Below, piece by piece: positions 27,701-41,397 of a DNA stretch of 64,000 nucleotides. Location of the stretch: assembly GCA_001643675.2 (NCBI GenBank), contig LSRY02000002.1, positions 62,001 through 126,000 of the forward strand, in the 5' to 3' direction. The position numbers and the translations under genes are program-made. Origin of the DNA: Monocercomonoides exilis PA203 (Eukaryota; Protista; Preaxostyla). The notes under the pieces were generated by a model. It had not been told where the DNA came from and ran no database searches. It was given only the letters and a program-made list of their open reading frames with translations. Within the stretch, counting starts at the first letter, position 1. Each line of letters opens with the position of its first letter.

Positions 27701-30700
27701 TTCATCATTCAAGTCATCACTTCCATGACTGTTTTCATTTTCATCATGTTGTTCATCGACATTTCGCCCAAATGCAGAACTGTATTGCTCATTCTTTTTA
27801 CCTTTTCTTTGATCATTCAAATCGCTTGGCTCGTTCAAAGGAAGAGATAAGCATTGAGCCAGAAGACGAATGATGCTTGTCTTTCCAGAAGCTGCCCCGC
27901 CCAACACAACTGCAACAGGCGATGCGAGCAAAATCGAAAAAAGTGTTGCAGCGCATTCCAACTGCTTCTGGACAGCTTTGCCACGCCAGAAAAGACCCAG
28001 CATGCGAAGAGAAAGGCGGAGACGATCGTCCAAATATGGTGTCAGCAAGGGAAGTGAAGAAAGAGCTGGAGAAGTCGAAGGATTCTGCGAAGTTGTTTCA
28101 TTTTGAGATGCATTTGCACTTGATGACTGAGGAGGAACAAGCAAACTGGAAATGATGTTGGTTTCGTATCTCTGTTCAGCTGGTATTGCTTCTAAAGCCA
28201 TCGATATGAAACGGATAAGTTGCTCTCGATTAAGTCTCGTCTTCATCTCAACGGCAATTGCATGAATCAGGTCTTCTCTTTCTGCTTTTAGTTTCTCTTG
28301 TACGTGCGTTGCCAAATAATAAATTTCTTCATCAACTTCTTTCATTCGGAGGAGTTGCAATTGTTCGACTTGTTTTGGTTGCATTCTCTTTCTCTTTTTC
28401 AATTGGTTCTGGGATACAATTGAAACAGCTTCATTGACAATGAGCCTTGTCCATTTAGCTCTTCTTTCTTCGGTCATTCTCTGCTCTTCAATAAACCTTT
28501 GCTGAGCAAAAGCACTGCAGCGTGCAATAACTGAAAGAAGAACAGAAAGGGAAAACGCAGAAGGAGGGATGAGTCCGTTGAGTGAGAAGACAGATGCAGC
28601 AGAATGGAAAAGAGATAGAAGTCGAGGAGCATACAACTGCGGATTGGAGAATCCTGCTTTGAGAAGAGCAACCGACAATACAGCAGAAGGATGAGGCGTT
28701 GCAAGAGTCACTGGTCGCAGAAAATCAGTCAAAGATGAAGGCAAAACAAATGGAGGAGCAGAAATAAGAGCAGTTCGAGACGGAGTCATGTTGTTCTCGA
28801 GAGATGCTGATCGGCCAAACGAGGCAGATTCTAATGCAACAAAGCCAAGTGGAGAGGGTGTCATCCATGTTTTCTGTGATGGAATGCTGACCTTTTTCCC
28901 GTCGATTGTAACATTACGTGAATGAAGAAGCATGGCGTTGCTAATCAAAGTTAGCTGAGATGAAAGAGCCGAAAGAGCAGAAGAAGAGAAAGATGACAAA
29001 CCATCAATGCATCCGATGACTGATGAAGAGTTCATCAAAAGTCCAGCAATGAAAGATGAAATAGAATTAGAGCTGATGTTAGATGAAGCATTTAGAGAGA
29101 CGAAAAAGGCACCGAGCGTTCGTGAGAAATCTGAGACAAATGCAGATGAAATGGAAGAAGACGATGAGACAAATACGCCGAGATTAGGCGAAGATGATGA
29201 AAGCGACTGAAGCAGAGAAGAATATGATGATGAAGAAGAATCTGAGTTTGAGGAAGATCCAAAGGCATGCATCAAAGGTGTAAACAGCCTTCTGTCAGAA
29301 ACATGTGGAATTGGCATGAACAAGGGCTCGTTTGATAGATATTCATAGCCATAGCGGAACACATCATCGCCGCACACAATCTGCAAGGAGTCTTCTTCGC
29401 TATTCCAGACATAGCGAGGAAAATGAAATGCTGATGGATGAGGCATTTGAAAGACTTCAGACGTATAAGATGAAATTGGAGAAGATAATTCGTGTGAAAA
29501 AGAAGTTGAAGCTGAATCGCTCATGTTGAAGACAGGAAGAACTTCAACTGGATTTATCTGGAAATTCAGAGAGTTTGGATCATCGTACCAATGCGAAAAG
29601 CTTCCTATGTCTTTTTGTTTGTTTTCCAACCGTCCTGTTATTACAGCATTCCTCAAGCATGTCAGAAGTTGTTTCTTATCATCGCTTTTGACCCCAATTT
29701 GATCTGTTGACGAAACTTTCTTTTCGTGTTTTAAGGCAAGTTGTGAGAAGGCACCGACTGAATTAATCAGAGCAATCACTTTGTCCGTGCTGGCTGTGTT
29801 TCCAGAAGAACTTTTTGTGCTTCCACCTGAAGCCAATCCTTCAACACAACCAGAAGAGCTTATGCCCAGCTCTTGAAACGACATCTGATAGCAGTCATCA
29901 ATCACATCTCCTGTGATGTCTCTATGGCAGATTTCTGAGCTGATAAGAGAAGCTACCAATTGTGTTAGATGATGAGGATGATGAGGACGAAGGCGCAAAC
30001 GCCTGCTGAGCCATGTTATTCTGTTTATAACTCCTTTTTTCAGTAAGTTCAAAGATTTGACAGTTGTGTCTAATCGAGTTGTAGCGATTGCGTGGATCAT
30101 TTGAGCTTGTTGTGATTTTGATGACCCACCTTCATTCCTTCCATTTCGTGTTTGCGTTCTGGAGGTGGATAAATTTGACGAACCAATTGTTTCAGAAAGA
30201 GTGTCAAACTTCCCTGCATTTGATGGATTGTTGACAATTGACGAATCCAGATCAATGGCTGATGCAACATTGCTTGATCCAAACTGAGACGTGTTTGGGC
30301 GTGATGCACAAAGCGATGTCCGAGAAATTGGTTGAGTGAATATTCCATGTGATTCTATCTCTGTTTGGATGAGTGCTTCATCGAATGACTTCCATTGGGT
30401 TAGAGCTTCGTCCAGCGCCAATGAGTAATACACTTCTGTTGCAGCCAGTACAATCTGCGAAGGAAAAGAAGACAAATAAGCCCATTGATAAGACAGACGA
30501 GACTCTGCAATAGTATGTGTTCCAGTAAGATTAGCAGGCATGATCTGGTGCAAATTATTCTTTTGTTGTGAATACGAAGAAGACAGTGAATCTGTGGGGG
30601 TTGTTGTGCCTCGTTTAGCCAAAATAGAAGCTGCATTCTGAGAGACGCGTGCTGATGGAAACTCAGATGGAATGTATTTTGTGGATAATGAAGCATCTTT

Positions 30701-33700
30701 CAAATGCTTTTCTCTTTCTGCTCCTTTCATCAGCATCAAGCTCACTCGCTCCTTTGGCACAGAAGCTGCATAGTGCACAAAATCTTCAATTACGTCAGAA
30801 ACTGGCGGTGCATGTTGCATCGACTGGTTGATGGCATCTGATTCCAGCGGCGAGGAAGAAGAGAGTGGCTTTGCAGACACAAAGAAAGGCGATAAAGGAG
30901 AGCATGAAAGAAACGAAGCCGGATGAATTGGAGTAGAAATGTTGCTCACGCTTGTTCCAGGAAAGCGATGAAATAGAGGAAACTCTTCAATGGCTCTGCG
31001 AGAGAGCATTTTGAGCTCCTTTTGAGAAGTCTTGAGGATGTCAGAGAGAACAACATCAGCTGTTGATTGCACACGAACAATTGAAGAAGAGAAGAAAAGT
31101 AATTCGTCATCAGCATTTACAACTCCGTTGATGCTGTCACCAAATCTGCTTGTTCTAACAAGTGTGTTGATGAATGACAGTGCACCAGTTGATGCAGCTT
31201 GTCTTTGAGTTGTTGGCGTTGTTGGAACAGCTGGCGATGTCGGAGTTGTTGTGGCTGTTGCAACAGTTTGCTTTGTCTGCATTGGAACAAGAGGATTTGG
31301 ATGTCCTGATGCAAACGATGGAAGCTTGTTCGTTTTTGCAGTAATTTGATTTAAAAGTCGTTCTGCGTGCCAAACTGAAGCAATGTTGTTGTTGGATAAA
31401 GAAAGCTGTCCTGTTGAAGCAGAAGACAAACTATTTGGTGTGCGTACCTCCTGTTGAAGCGACTGTAACGTTGTTGAAACTTTCGATGAAATCGCCAATG
31501 AACGTATCCCAGCAAACAGATAAGGGAAGTATCGATATAAATTCTGTACATTCCCTCCAAACGTAATAACTTTCGCCAAGTCTGAGTCGGAAATGAAGCA
31601 AAAACGAGGAAAAGAAGCACGCCGTGAGTCGAGAAAAGCAGAAAGAGCGGCTTTTGCTTTTGTCAAGCGGTTAATCCACAGAGCAAGCAGATCATAAGTG
31701 AGTGAAGGCACTTTCGAATCTCGTTCTCTCCACGCAGTGACAATTGCAGGAGATGGATGTAAATATCGAACTATTGGTGCTCTCACAATTGACTCAACGA
31801 GATCGACAAATTTCATATCAATTTCTCGAAATTGAATACGTGATGTTTGAAGGTTTAAAATTATTTGTGCGTTTTCTCTTGATTGTGAAGTCAACGATGA
31901 GGCAGTTTGAGTGAGAGAAGAGGAAGATGATCCGCTTAAAACAGACAGAACATCTTCCAAAGAAGAAAAAACAGGGCATAATTCGAGCCACAGCGACTGA
32001 ACCTGCGAAATGCGAGTGATAATTTTGCGAAAAGCATCCAAAAGCTCCTTCCATCTGTTGATATGATCCTGCACAGCAGCTCGGTGAGGAGACGAAGAAA
32101 TTGCAGTCAGTTGCAATTCGCTGTCTTCGAGAAGAGACAGCAACGAATCAACTGGAGCAATCAAGAGCATCTGACTTGTCTGTGATGACGAAAGAGATGA
32201 TGATCCATCATAATTGCCTCCTGTTTTCTTTCCTTCATGTGTCTTGTCCGAGCTTCCGTCCTTTGTTCGTGCTCTTGAATAGGATGATGAAGAGGAGGCA
32301 GAAGATGATGACAGAGAAGCATCATCATCTCTTCGCTTGACAGTCGTCCTCACAAATGAAAACGATGCCCGTGACCATGTTTGATCCAATCGGCGGAGTT
32401 CTGCTTCCAGTGCATATTCTGCATCAGCAGCCTGCGCAATCGCCTGAAGCTGCTGAACATGATCGAGAAGCCCTCCGTTCACCAGCTCTCCCACCGTCGT
32501 CTCGTTTGTCATCACAATGTTGAGCACTTGGTTGATCAGCTGTCTGTGCCTTTCTCTCAGAGTATGTCTTGTGAGGATGCTAAGACAAGGGACAGATGCA
32601 ATCATCAGAGCAGTCTGACTGTTAAGTGAGGCAGGTGCAGTTGAGAGTGGATGTGCTGCTTGTACTTGAATCAATGATTTTGACACAGAGTCGAGCTTTG
32701 TCTTGAGGCGGTGGAGTCTCAATCCTCCCAGGCGGGTCATTTCCACAGACTGTGCAAAGAGATCCCAGTTTTTGATGAGCAGCCACATTCTCTGAAGAGA
32801 CTTCCATCCGAATTTCACTCTCTCCAGCAGCTTCTCTTCCTGCACAGGCTCTGCTCGTTCCAACAAAACAGCAAAGTTTTTGTAGAGCAGAAGCTCAGCT
32901 GAAAGAGACTCGAGAATTATTCCTCTGTCAATCAATCTGTTGTGAGCACGGGCAGAAAACGATTTGAATCTGTCTGTCTGAAACAATCGTGCAAAACATT
33001 CTGATCTCTTTTTCAGATTCTTCAGCGCAATGGCAGCAGACGTCAAAGGCTCTGTTTTCTTTTCTCTTGGCGTTGGAGGATTTGATGATTCAGGTGTCTG
33101 CGATTCATTGGGAGAGCCAGCATATGAATTTGCAGTACTTTGGGAAGTTGAAGTTGCTTGATGCCTGTAATTTGTTGGATAAGGCTGTATTTCGAATATG
33201 TCTTGTGGTTCAAAACGAATTGGTGGCGGATCTTCATTAAAAACGGTATCACCTGGCTGCATTAGCCCTTCTGTCAGATCGCAAAGCTGAGAAGAATGCA
33301 AATCTTCTTCGACTGCAAGAACTTTTCTTCTGAAAGCTTGCAGACGCTGCTCGTACACTCCGAGCCATGTGGCCACGAGATCAGCCTTTGACTGAGTAAA
33401 TTTCGTGAGTGCAGTCTGGAAACGCGTCATCTGCTGGTCGACTTTGTCCAGCATGTGGAGATACGAATTCACTCCTTCATTTCGTGCTGTCATTGAAGAT
33501 GGCATCGGAGATGAAGACGCACTTAGAGATGTCGGAGTAGTTGGCATTGCAGCTGAAGAAGATGTAAGTGGTGGAATGCCCGCTCCGCCTTCAGATTGTG
33601 AGTCATTCAGCTGCTTCATCAGTTCTGGATATCTTTCTCCAAAGATAATCCAGTCAACGTTTTTCACTCTTCGTTCTCTTTGCTTCTTCTCCTCGGCCAG

Positions 33701-36700
33701 CCTCTTTTCAAGGTGCATCTTTGTCCTTTTCTTTCTGTTGAAAATTAGCGACACAACCAATCCGTAGCGAATGTCCGTATCTGGTTCACTATCTTCATCT
33801 TCGTCCAATGAATCATCATCGTTATTCGAATCATTTTCTCCCTTTGTTTCTGGTTTCTCTCCTCTCTTTGCAGCAGCTAATGCTGCGCTTTTCTTCTTCT
33901 CTCTTTCTTTCCTTTTTGCAGCACGCTTAGCTTTCTCTTTGCTCTTCAGGAAGAGTGAGGTTGTGTTCACAGGAAGTTGCAACTCGTGTGGAGGTCGTGT
34001 GATGTGGCTCAGATCCAATGAGAAGTCAACACACAACGCATCCAGTGCAACAATTCTCTTGTGCGCTTTGAGCATCGCCTCTCCATCTTCATTGGCTGTT
34101 GTTAGCGCAGCAAGAGCAGCACAACATGAAGGAAGCGAAGAGACCATTGCTGACAGTCGCTGTATGTGAATCTCCAGCCACACGGCTAACGATTCACATA
34201 AGGAAACGACAACTTCTGGAATGCGTTGCTCCAATGCAATTCGTGCCTTATTGACGAATGGAAGTGATGCAGCAACAAATGGACGCAGATCGAGACGAAA
34301 GCATCCGACGCTGATGAGCCTTGCCAGCGAAGAAATGGCCAAACTGTCTTCTCTCATTCGAGTGAGAGTCCGACGGAACACTTTTGACGAAGGTGGGGCT
34401 GTCTCGTTCGAACTGGACTGAGTAATCTTCTGATAAGGAAGCTGAGAAAGTGCAGAAGAAAAAGGATACGATGCAGAAAGTGGATGAGTTCGTTCAACTT
34501 CCACCGGAAACACAGCGCTGTCAAGTGCAGAAGAGATGGCATAAGTTTGTGGAAGAGGAAAGTCGAAGCGTGAAATGTCGAAGTGGACGTAGTGCGTCGC
34601 CAGGTCATAGCTTTTCGACAAAACTGCGTTAAACTGGCGGATAGTTGCATAGCTGTCCTGCACAAGAGAAAGGCAGCGCAGACGCATGTTGTCTGTCAAA
34701 AGGCCAATCTGAAGGCGATCTTGCTCAGCAAGCGAAGAAGAAGACGAGGACGAAAAAGAAGAATGGTGAGAAGTGAATGCACGTGTTCCAAGTGCGCCAA
34801 ATGGCGAAGATTTGAGTAGTGATACAACACTTGGGTGTGTCATAAGATTGGGGAGAGAATTGCAAATAGAAGTGATGTCTTCGAATATTTGATTAATTAG
34901 GAACATTATGAAGTCCTCCGATGGATCAAATGTGATCCCTTTCTTTGTGAGCGACACAGCAATTGTTGTTGCCGGCGGAGTGAAGTTGAGACGAGACAAA
35001 ACAGGCCACACTTCAACTCTGCTCAGAAGCGTGGTCGGAAGATCAGACGAATCGTACGGGCGAAATTTGAATGTTGAGGATGCTGTGAAAATGATAAAAA
35101 CATCAAAGAAAAAAAATATTAATCAAAAAAATTAATCAAGATTGAAAAGGATCAAACCAGCAATTGAGCCAAATTGAGACAAAAACCCAGAATTTGCAGA
35201 AGAAGTCACAGAAGAAATGCTAAAAGAAGCTGATAGCATTTTTGAAAGTGCATCATTTGCTGCAGCTGCCGCGGCAGATGAATAGTTCGAGTAAGAAGCC
35301 TGAAGATAAAGAGACGAGGCAGATGGCATGCGAGATTCCAGGACACGCCCAGGCAAAGCAGAAAGAGGGGAAGGAAAAAGAAACAACGGCTGATTCATTT
35401 TTTCTGGTGGAATATGTTTTATTTGAGGGAGAAGTCCAACATTTGAGGAAATAATACGAGTTTCAGGATTAGTCGTGGATTGTTGCGTTGTTGCAGGGTG
35501 AGTTTGAATCTTTGAAGGTGTCAAAAGTGCCTGTGCAGCAAAGTCCTTTCTATCTTTCGACCCGCCAATCTTCTTTGTTTCGTCTTCTTCTTCTTCTCCC
35601 TCTGCTTTCATTACATCGCTTAGTATCTTTTCTTCAAGCTCCTTCTTTTTAGCTGCTCGGCGTGATTTGATAGCTTCGTGTGCGAGTGTGCGTATTATTT
35701 GGTTTTGCTCTTCTAATTTCAGCTTTTTCGAGGTGTGTGACTGCGCAGCAAGTGCAGCTGCAGAAGGCGCAGATGAAGAAGCTGCCTTGGCAGAAGAAGA
35801 GGAAGATGAAGCTGAAGAACTTGCTGCAGATTGGTTCGTTCCAGAAACAGACAAATCTCCAGCACCACTTCCTGAATCTCCACCTCCACCGCTACCGCCT
35901 TCTCCTTGTCCTTCTCTCCACACATTCAAATACTTTTGTATTTCCTCCTCCTCATCTGGTGTCACCCGCACCCACACCATCGACGCCAGCTTCACCCACA
36001 TCGGAGGGAAGTGGTGCATCTGCAGTGCCAGCGTGCGAGGCTGAGACAAAGCTATCGTTGTTTTGTCTGTCCCGCCTGATAAGGACGAAGAAGAGTTTTG
36101 AGCAGAAAGCGCATTTGACATCGCTTGCATCCCTGAATGTGTATTCGGCTCTTCCTCTGTGTCATTCCCCATTCCATACGCAAATTTCTCTTCATTCTCC
36201 TCGTTGCTCATGTTCAGACCGTTTGTTTTTCCACTCATTTTCCCGGCTTCGATTCCCATCATCTCCTTCTGCAGCCTCTGGTAGTATTCTCGAATCTTCT
36301 TTGGTTTGTCTCCAAGCTCATCTCGAAACCCGAAATCGTCGTCGAGAAGCGGATCTCCAAAGCGATAAAAAGCAGGCGATGTCTCACTTGGCGATGAAGA
36401 GAGGAGAAAATGGGGCATAAATGGATGCACCACAAACGGCCTTGAATTGGATGGTGTGAAATGTGAGGGTGGAAGTGTACTTTGTTGATTCTGCGACTGA
36501 AGCCTGTGATTGAATCGAAGGTAATTCTCTGGATTTGTTTTGTTCAGCTTCACCTTCAGTCTCTGTGCAATTTCAATTGAAGTCGGGAAAGAAAGCTCCT
36601 CTGAACGAGCAAACGAGGCACGACTTCTGTTTCGTGACTTTGTATTTGAATCGAAGCGGCGCACGCTTGAAAGTGTTGTTGGGGTTCCAGAGATTCTTGA

Positions 36701-39700
36701 CGGTGTCAAAGACTTTGACAGATGGTGTTTTCGACTGATTGAATGCCTCAATGTTCTCAAAGTGCGAGCTGAATCATAAGTTTCCTCGTTGTATTCCTTG
36801 TCTCTCTCGTCATCTGATTCATTCCCACCCGAAAGCTCATCATCAAATCCTTCGTTTTCTTTGTCCTTTGTCCATGCCCATGGAGCGTGTGCCCCAACAA
36901 ACTCGCCTCTCTCGTTTTCCTCCTCCCACTCTATCCGATGGGCCACAGAACGCGAGTCCATCCTCCACACAGCCTCTGCCTCTTCTTCTTGGTGTGTGTC
37001 TACGCCAAGTGCTCTGCAAATACACTTTCCACTTTCAACAGCCACAAAGCACAGCACAGACGAAACCATCTCATTCACCACTTTTATGAATGAGGCAAGC
37101 GTTTTGCCAATTTTTGCTCCTTCGTCTTCAGCTTGCTCATAGCGTTGTTCATCGTTTCCGCTTTTTCCGTCTTCCGTTCCACTTTCTTTCTTTTTGCTGT
37201 TTTTAATCCCCAACCCATCACGAATCACTGTTTGACCCGCCTTCAACATCACACTCATCACATCGTGCATAAACAGAGTAAGTTCATTTCCCCGCTGTGC
37301 CCTCACACGCGACTGCAAGTCTCCGAAGAGAAGAACAGGCGGTGCACGAAGTGTCAGTGCAGTGAATGCGTCGACAGGAGACAGAAACGCCACTTGAAGT
37401 GCAGAAAAGAGAGGAGGCAGTGGAAGAGCTGAAACTCCAGGTGCTGCTGTGTGGAAAGAGGTTGTGGAACTTGGCGAAGGAGACGCTGAAAGCTGCCTTT
37501 GCGACACTTGCGAGCGTTGTGTTGCCTGCGGAGTGGCAAAATGAGCAGCAAAGGATGAATTAAATCCAATCGAGCTTGAGCCGCTGGGAGTCATCCCTTC
37601 TCTCATTCCAAACTTTGCGTCGTTTCCTCTTCCGAGTGTGTTTCCAAGCTGAGAAATTGGCAGGTCAGTCAGAACTCTCTCAAACAAGCGAATGCGCGAT
37701 GCCTGTATGCAGCACCGTTTGATATGCAGCAGGGCATTCCGCAAAGGCGTCGATATAAACAGAAGTCTGCTGTCCACTCCCAAATGGCCTCGCCGATAAA
37801 CATGGCTGCTGATCAGCTTTTTCCACAGACCAAAATACTTCCTCAGCCGAAACTTGCTGAAAAATGACTTCTTTCGCAGTGCTTCGAATATCTTTTTCTC
37901 TTCAATCCACTGCGCAGTTGGTATCAGCTCTGTTGTTGTCTCTTTCCTTCTTGGAATGCCATCCACTCCTCCAACAACCTGTCCAGGAGAAGGCCCCTTG
38001 TCAACAACATGCATCAGCCCATTCACTGAGAGTGTGAAAAAGTCTCTGAAGTTGACGTCTTTCTCTTCGATGATCCGAAGAGTGTAGCTGTTTTGCTCCT
38101 TCTCCGCTGGATCGTAGCCCAAATAGACAAAATCATAGCTGTTTGGAGTCAGCGACTGATACGCCAGAAACGTCGATGGTGCTGCGAGATCGGCATGTGA
38201 CAGCAGAAGTGTCAATTCGGGTGGAACTGGGCGGACAGCGCGCGAGCGGAAGAGCGATGCAGAAGAAGCTGCAGAGGAAGAGGAGGAAGACATGCCAACA
38301 ATTTGTCGCGGCGTGGAGACTGTGAGACGAGGAGCAAAAGACGATGCAGTGGTGACAGTCGATGTTATAGAAGAAACAGATGCTGAAGATGAAGGCCTCT
38401 GAGGAGCAATCGAAGAAAGTGTGGAGAGCATAGAATTCTGTGTTCGAGCAGTTGACTGAGCAGAAGACGAGGTTGGACGCATGCCTTTGGAAGAGGCGCG
38501 AGCAGAGTGTTTAAGTGCTGTTGGTGTGGATGGCGTTGCTGTTGCAACATGTGTGTTGTTTGAGTCATTCAACTCAGAAGAAGCTGTTTGATGTGTTGGA
38601 GCTGATATGCTTGAAGAAGCAGGAGAGTTGCTTCTGTGTCTGGGAGAGGAAGAGCGAGAATGTTGAGAGCGTTTAGCGGGTGTTGGAGTTCTGAGAAGAG
38701 AAGAAGTTTTGCCAGACGGCTGTGAAGTGGACGAGAGGAGTGAAGTGGGCGAAGGAGGCAGAGCGGGAAGCGAAGTGGATTGGAGAGAGGATTCTGATGT
38801 GGATGAGAAGGACGAAGATGTTGCTGCTGAAGTGGCTGAAGTGGCGTGTGAAGTGGAGCGAGGTGTTGATGACTGAAATGGATGTGGTTGAGACAGATAA
38901 GATGAAGTGTCAGTGGAAGGTGCTGAGGAAGATGACTGGCTTTTGGCAATGAGATCGTCAATTCTGCTTTCTTCATTCCAAATTCCTTCAGATGATTCAG
39001 ACAGACTTTCCAGTCCATCGCTGCTGTTTTCTTTTCCTTTCTCGATTCTGCCATCTATCCCTTCTCTTTCGTTGTCTTTCTTCTTTTCCTCTGATTCTTC
39101 GTTTCCCTTCTTGCCTTGTGATTCCTCGCCACTGATGCTACCATGAGCTGAGCTGGGTCTGCTGGCAGTTCGCATCAAATGCCCGCTGCCTGCACTCTGC
39201 GGACGATGAAGTCGCAGGCCCTCCATTTTTGCCTGGTTTTCTTTCTCTTTCATCAAACGCAGCATTTCCCGCTCGCGTCTCTTCCGAATTGTCTGCTTGT
39301 TGACTTCTTCCTTCAAAATATATCCTGATTTTGTTTTTGTTCCTGTTTTAAGAAGAAGCTTGTCAAGCAGTGAAATATCATGCAAAGAAGACGTAAATAG
39401 ATCAGGGCGAGTAACCAGTGGTTTGAATGTTCCAGAAAATGATTGATCACTTGCTGGAAGTCTTTCAAATGAGAGATTCTTTTCTTTTTCTTCTGTGTCG
39501 GATGTCAATTCTGAAGATGTGAGAATGTTTAAAGGTGGAGAAAGTGAAGAACGATTAATAGAAGGAGAAAAGCCCAATGATGGCGAATCCGATTGAAAAG
39601 TCGGTGATTCTGAAAGAGGAGGTTGATCATAATTTGTGTTCTCCAGCTGCGTTGGTAGCGCATGTTGTTTTGTTTTGTCCTGCCTGCTCTGCCGCGAACT

Positions 39701-40438
39701 GTATTGTGAAGATTGATCAGAAGATGACAAAGATGATGCTGTTTGTTCTGTTGGTGCATAACTTGGATTTATTTTATTCGAACTTGGAATAGAAGGTGCG
39801 CACGTTATTCCATAAGGAGATCTTAGTGCTGAATGAGGTCTGTTTGAAGGTTTTCGAAGATCACTTACGGTGGCAACAGAAAAGCGCAGCGGATCAGATC
39901 TATTTCGCATAGAGGACGATGAAAGCGGTCTTTGCTGTGTTGATGAATGTATATTAGTAATGTCTGTAGAAGAAGGAATTTCAACAGAAGAAGTTAACGA
40001 AGGGGATGAAAGAAAACTTATTGAATGCATCAATTCTTCATTTCTATTGGGAAATAAGGACGAATTTCGATATGATACGGATGAAGAAGATCGAACTCCA
40101 ACTGAAGAAGCACGTTGCGATGAGCGAAACATTACAGACGATGCATCAGGAGTTTGAGATCGAAAAGATGATTGAACAGAAAATACAGAGTGTGGCGTTG
40201 ATAATCCAGCAGGTGCCAAGGAACGTCTATAGGACTTGGTAGCAGAGCTTATGGATAAAGGTTGCGATTGAATGTAAGAGCCAGGAAAAACAGAATTTGA
40301 TGGTTTAAGTTGTTGAAATGATTTATCATAACTGTTCAATCGTGATTGGCTTCCTCGTTTTAAGGTCGATAAAAATAGTGCGTCTTTAAGAGAAGGGATT
40401 TGTTTCTGTTCTCTTTCGGTCCCTTGTTCCCTGCTCAT
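6764..40438 (-). CDS. Giant axonemal dynein heavy chain-like protein (DNAH6/DNAH14-like N-terminus). Exons 40438-35158 and 35082-6764; 33,600 nt = 11,199 aa; AAA1 degenerate
   Basis: N-terminal FVYL..YTLRII..FFTLSVNGLMH..W..EKKIFEALRKKSFFSKFRLRKYFGLWK; linker AEYALEAEL..W, WLELCPVFS, RASFPRFCFISDSDL; YGYEYL; LRPV; AAA2 GGAASGKT and HWIIFDSPIEDSW; stalk/MTBD ALPPLREAEEAV..EMRSYVRPPEGVLLVMDAIC; C-terminal GLYVENGRWD and YVSCPVF. Two ORF-track ORFs are joined in frame by one intron. Confidence 0.9.
35083..35157 (-). other. Spliceosomal intron (75 nt) in dynein heavy chain gene
   Basis: GTTTGA...TTTCACAG, T-rich; phase 1 join (G|CA) is in frame with the 9415-aa ORF. Confidence 0.85.
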
Positions 40439-40688
40439 TTAGAAATTTTATGAACCAAATATTTCCCATTGTATATTTTTTTTGAAAATGTTCAAATTTT
40501 TTCTATTTATTGAAATTGGAAAAATAACTTTTGAGCAAACACAGTCTTTGTTGAACAGAATTGAAATTGAATACATGAACGTTGAAAAAACTTAAAGCTT
40601 ACTATATGAACAATTATTTTAATACTCTTTTTTATTGAGAGATAAAAGGCTCATTAATAACAGTTATTCGCTTTTATAAGTTATTGAT

Positions 40689-40692
<4 letters not shown>

Positions 40693-40725
<33 letters not shown>
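40693..40725 (+). repeat. Poly(A) tract (~33 nt) in the divergent dynein/actin intergenic region
   Basis: Direct reading; a similar T30 tract lies at 117-146. Confidence 0.9.
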
Positions 40726-40729
<4 letters not shown>

Positions 40730-41397
40730 CGAATACGAATTCCATTTGTGTTCAAAAATAAAAGAAATATTGTTTAGTTTAACAAAAAGTGAAAAAATGT
40801 TCCAACTTATTTTAACCTTTGTTATGAAAAAAATATAAAGAATGAAAAGTCATTCATTGAATTTTTCAAAACGTATTTCTTTATATATTTTTATCAAAAA
40901 AACATTTGCCTTTTGACAATTGAATACATGTTGCGTTCTGAATTTGTCAATTTATGAATATTTAAAGCAATTATCTCAATTTGTTCCATTCATTTTCATC
41001 TTAAACAATAAAAAGAAACATCCTTCAATATTTGAAAAGAAGACATTCGTTGCATATCTTTCAAAAAGTCTCAAATATGAAGAGATATAAATTTGTATTT
41101 TATAAAAAAAACACAAACATTCTTTTTCTTTTTTTTTAAAATAATTAATTGTATGAAATAAATATAAATAAAAAGCAAAGTGCATTATACAACGAACGTG
41201 ACGAGATATTTGCACAATAGAAGAAATTATCTTTTATGGAATTTATTCTTCTTCACACACTTCAAAAAATTATTGAAAATTTTTTCAAAACCAAATATGA
41301 AAAATAATAGGGGTTAGATCAAATTAAAACAAAATCTTATTTAAGATAGTTACGAAACTCTCAATCTCATAAATAAAAATAGATTTGAATAATAAAC

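Noticed and set aside
6764-35011. Alternative genetic code (TAA/TAG = Gln), as in some oxymonads
   Set aside because: A 28-kb Gln-rich frame has no in-frame TAA/TAG and ends at TAG, so the code is standard
633-40242. Numerous 60-250-aa ORFs antisense to or overlapping the long genes
   Set aside because: Shadow ORFs of low-complexity, codon-biased coding DNA; no recognisable domains
35132-40438. 1768-aa ORF as a separate gene
   Set aside because: It contains dynein N-terminal motifs and splices in frame to the 9415-aa ORF through a canonical 75-nt intron
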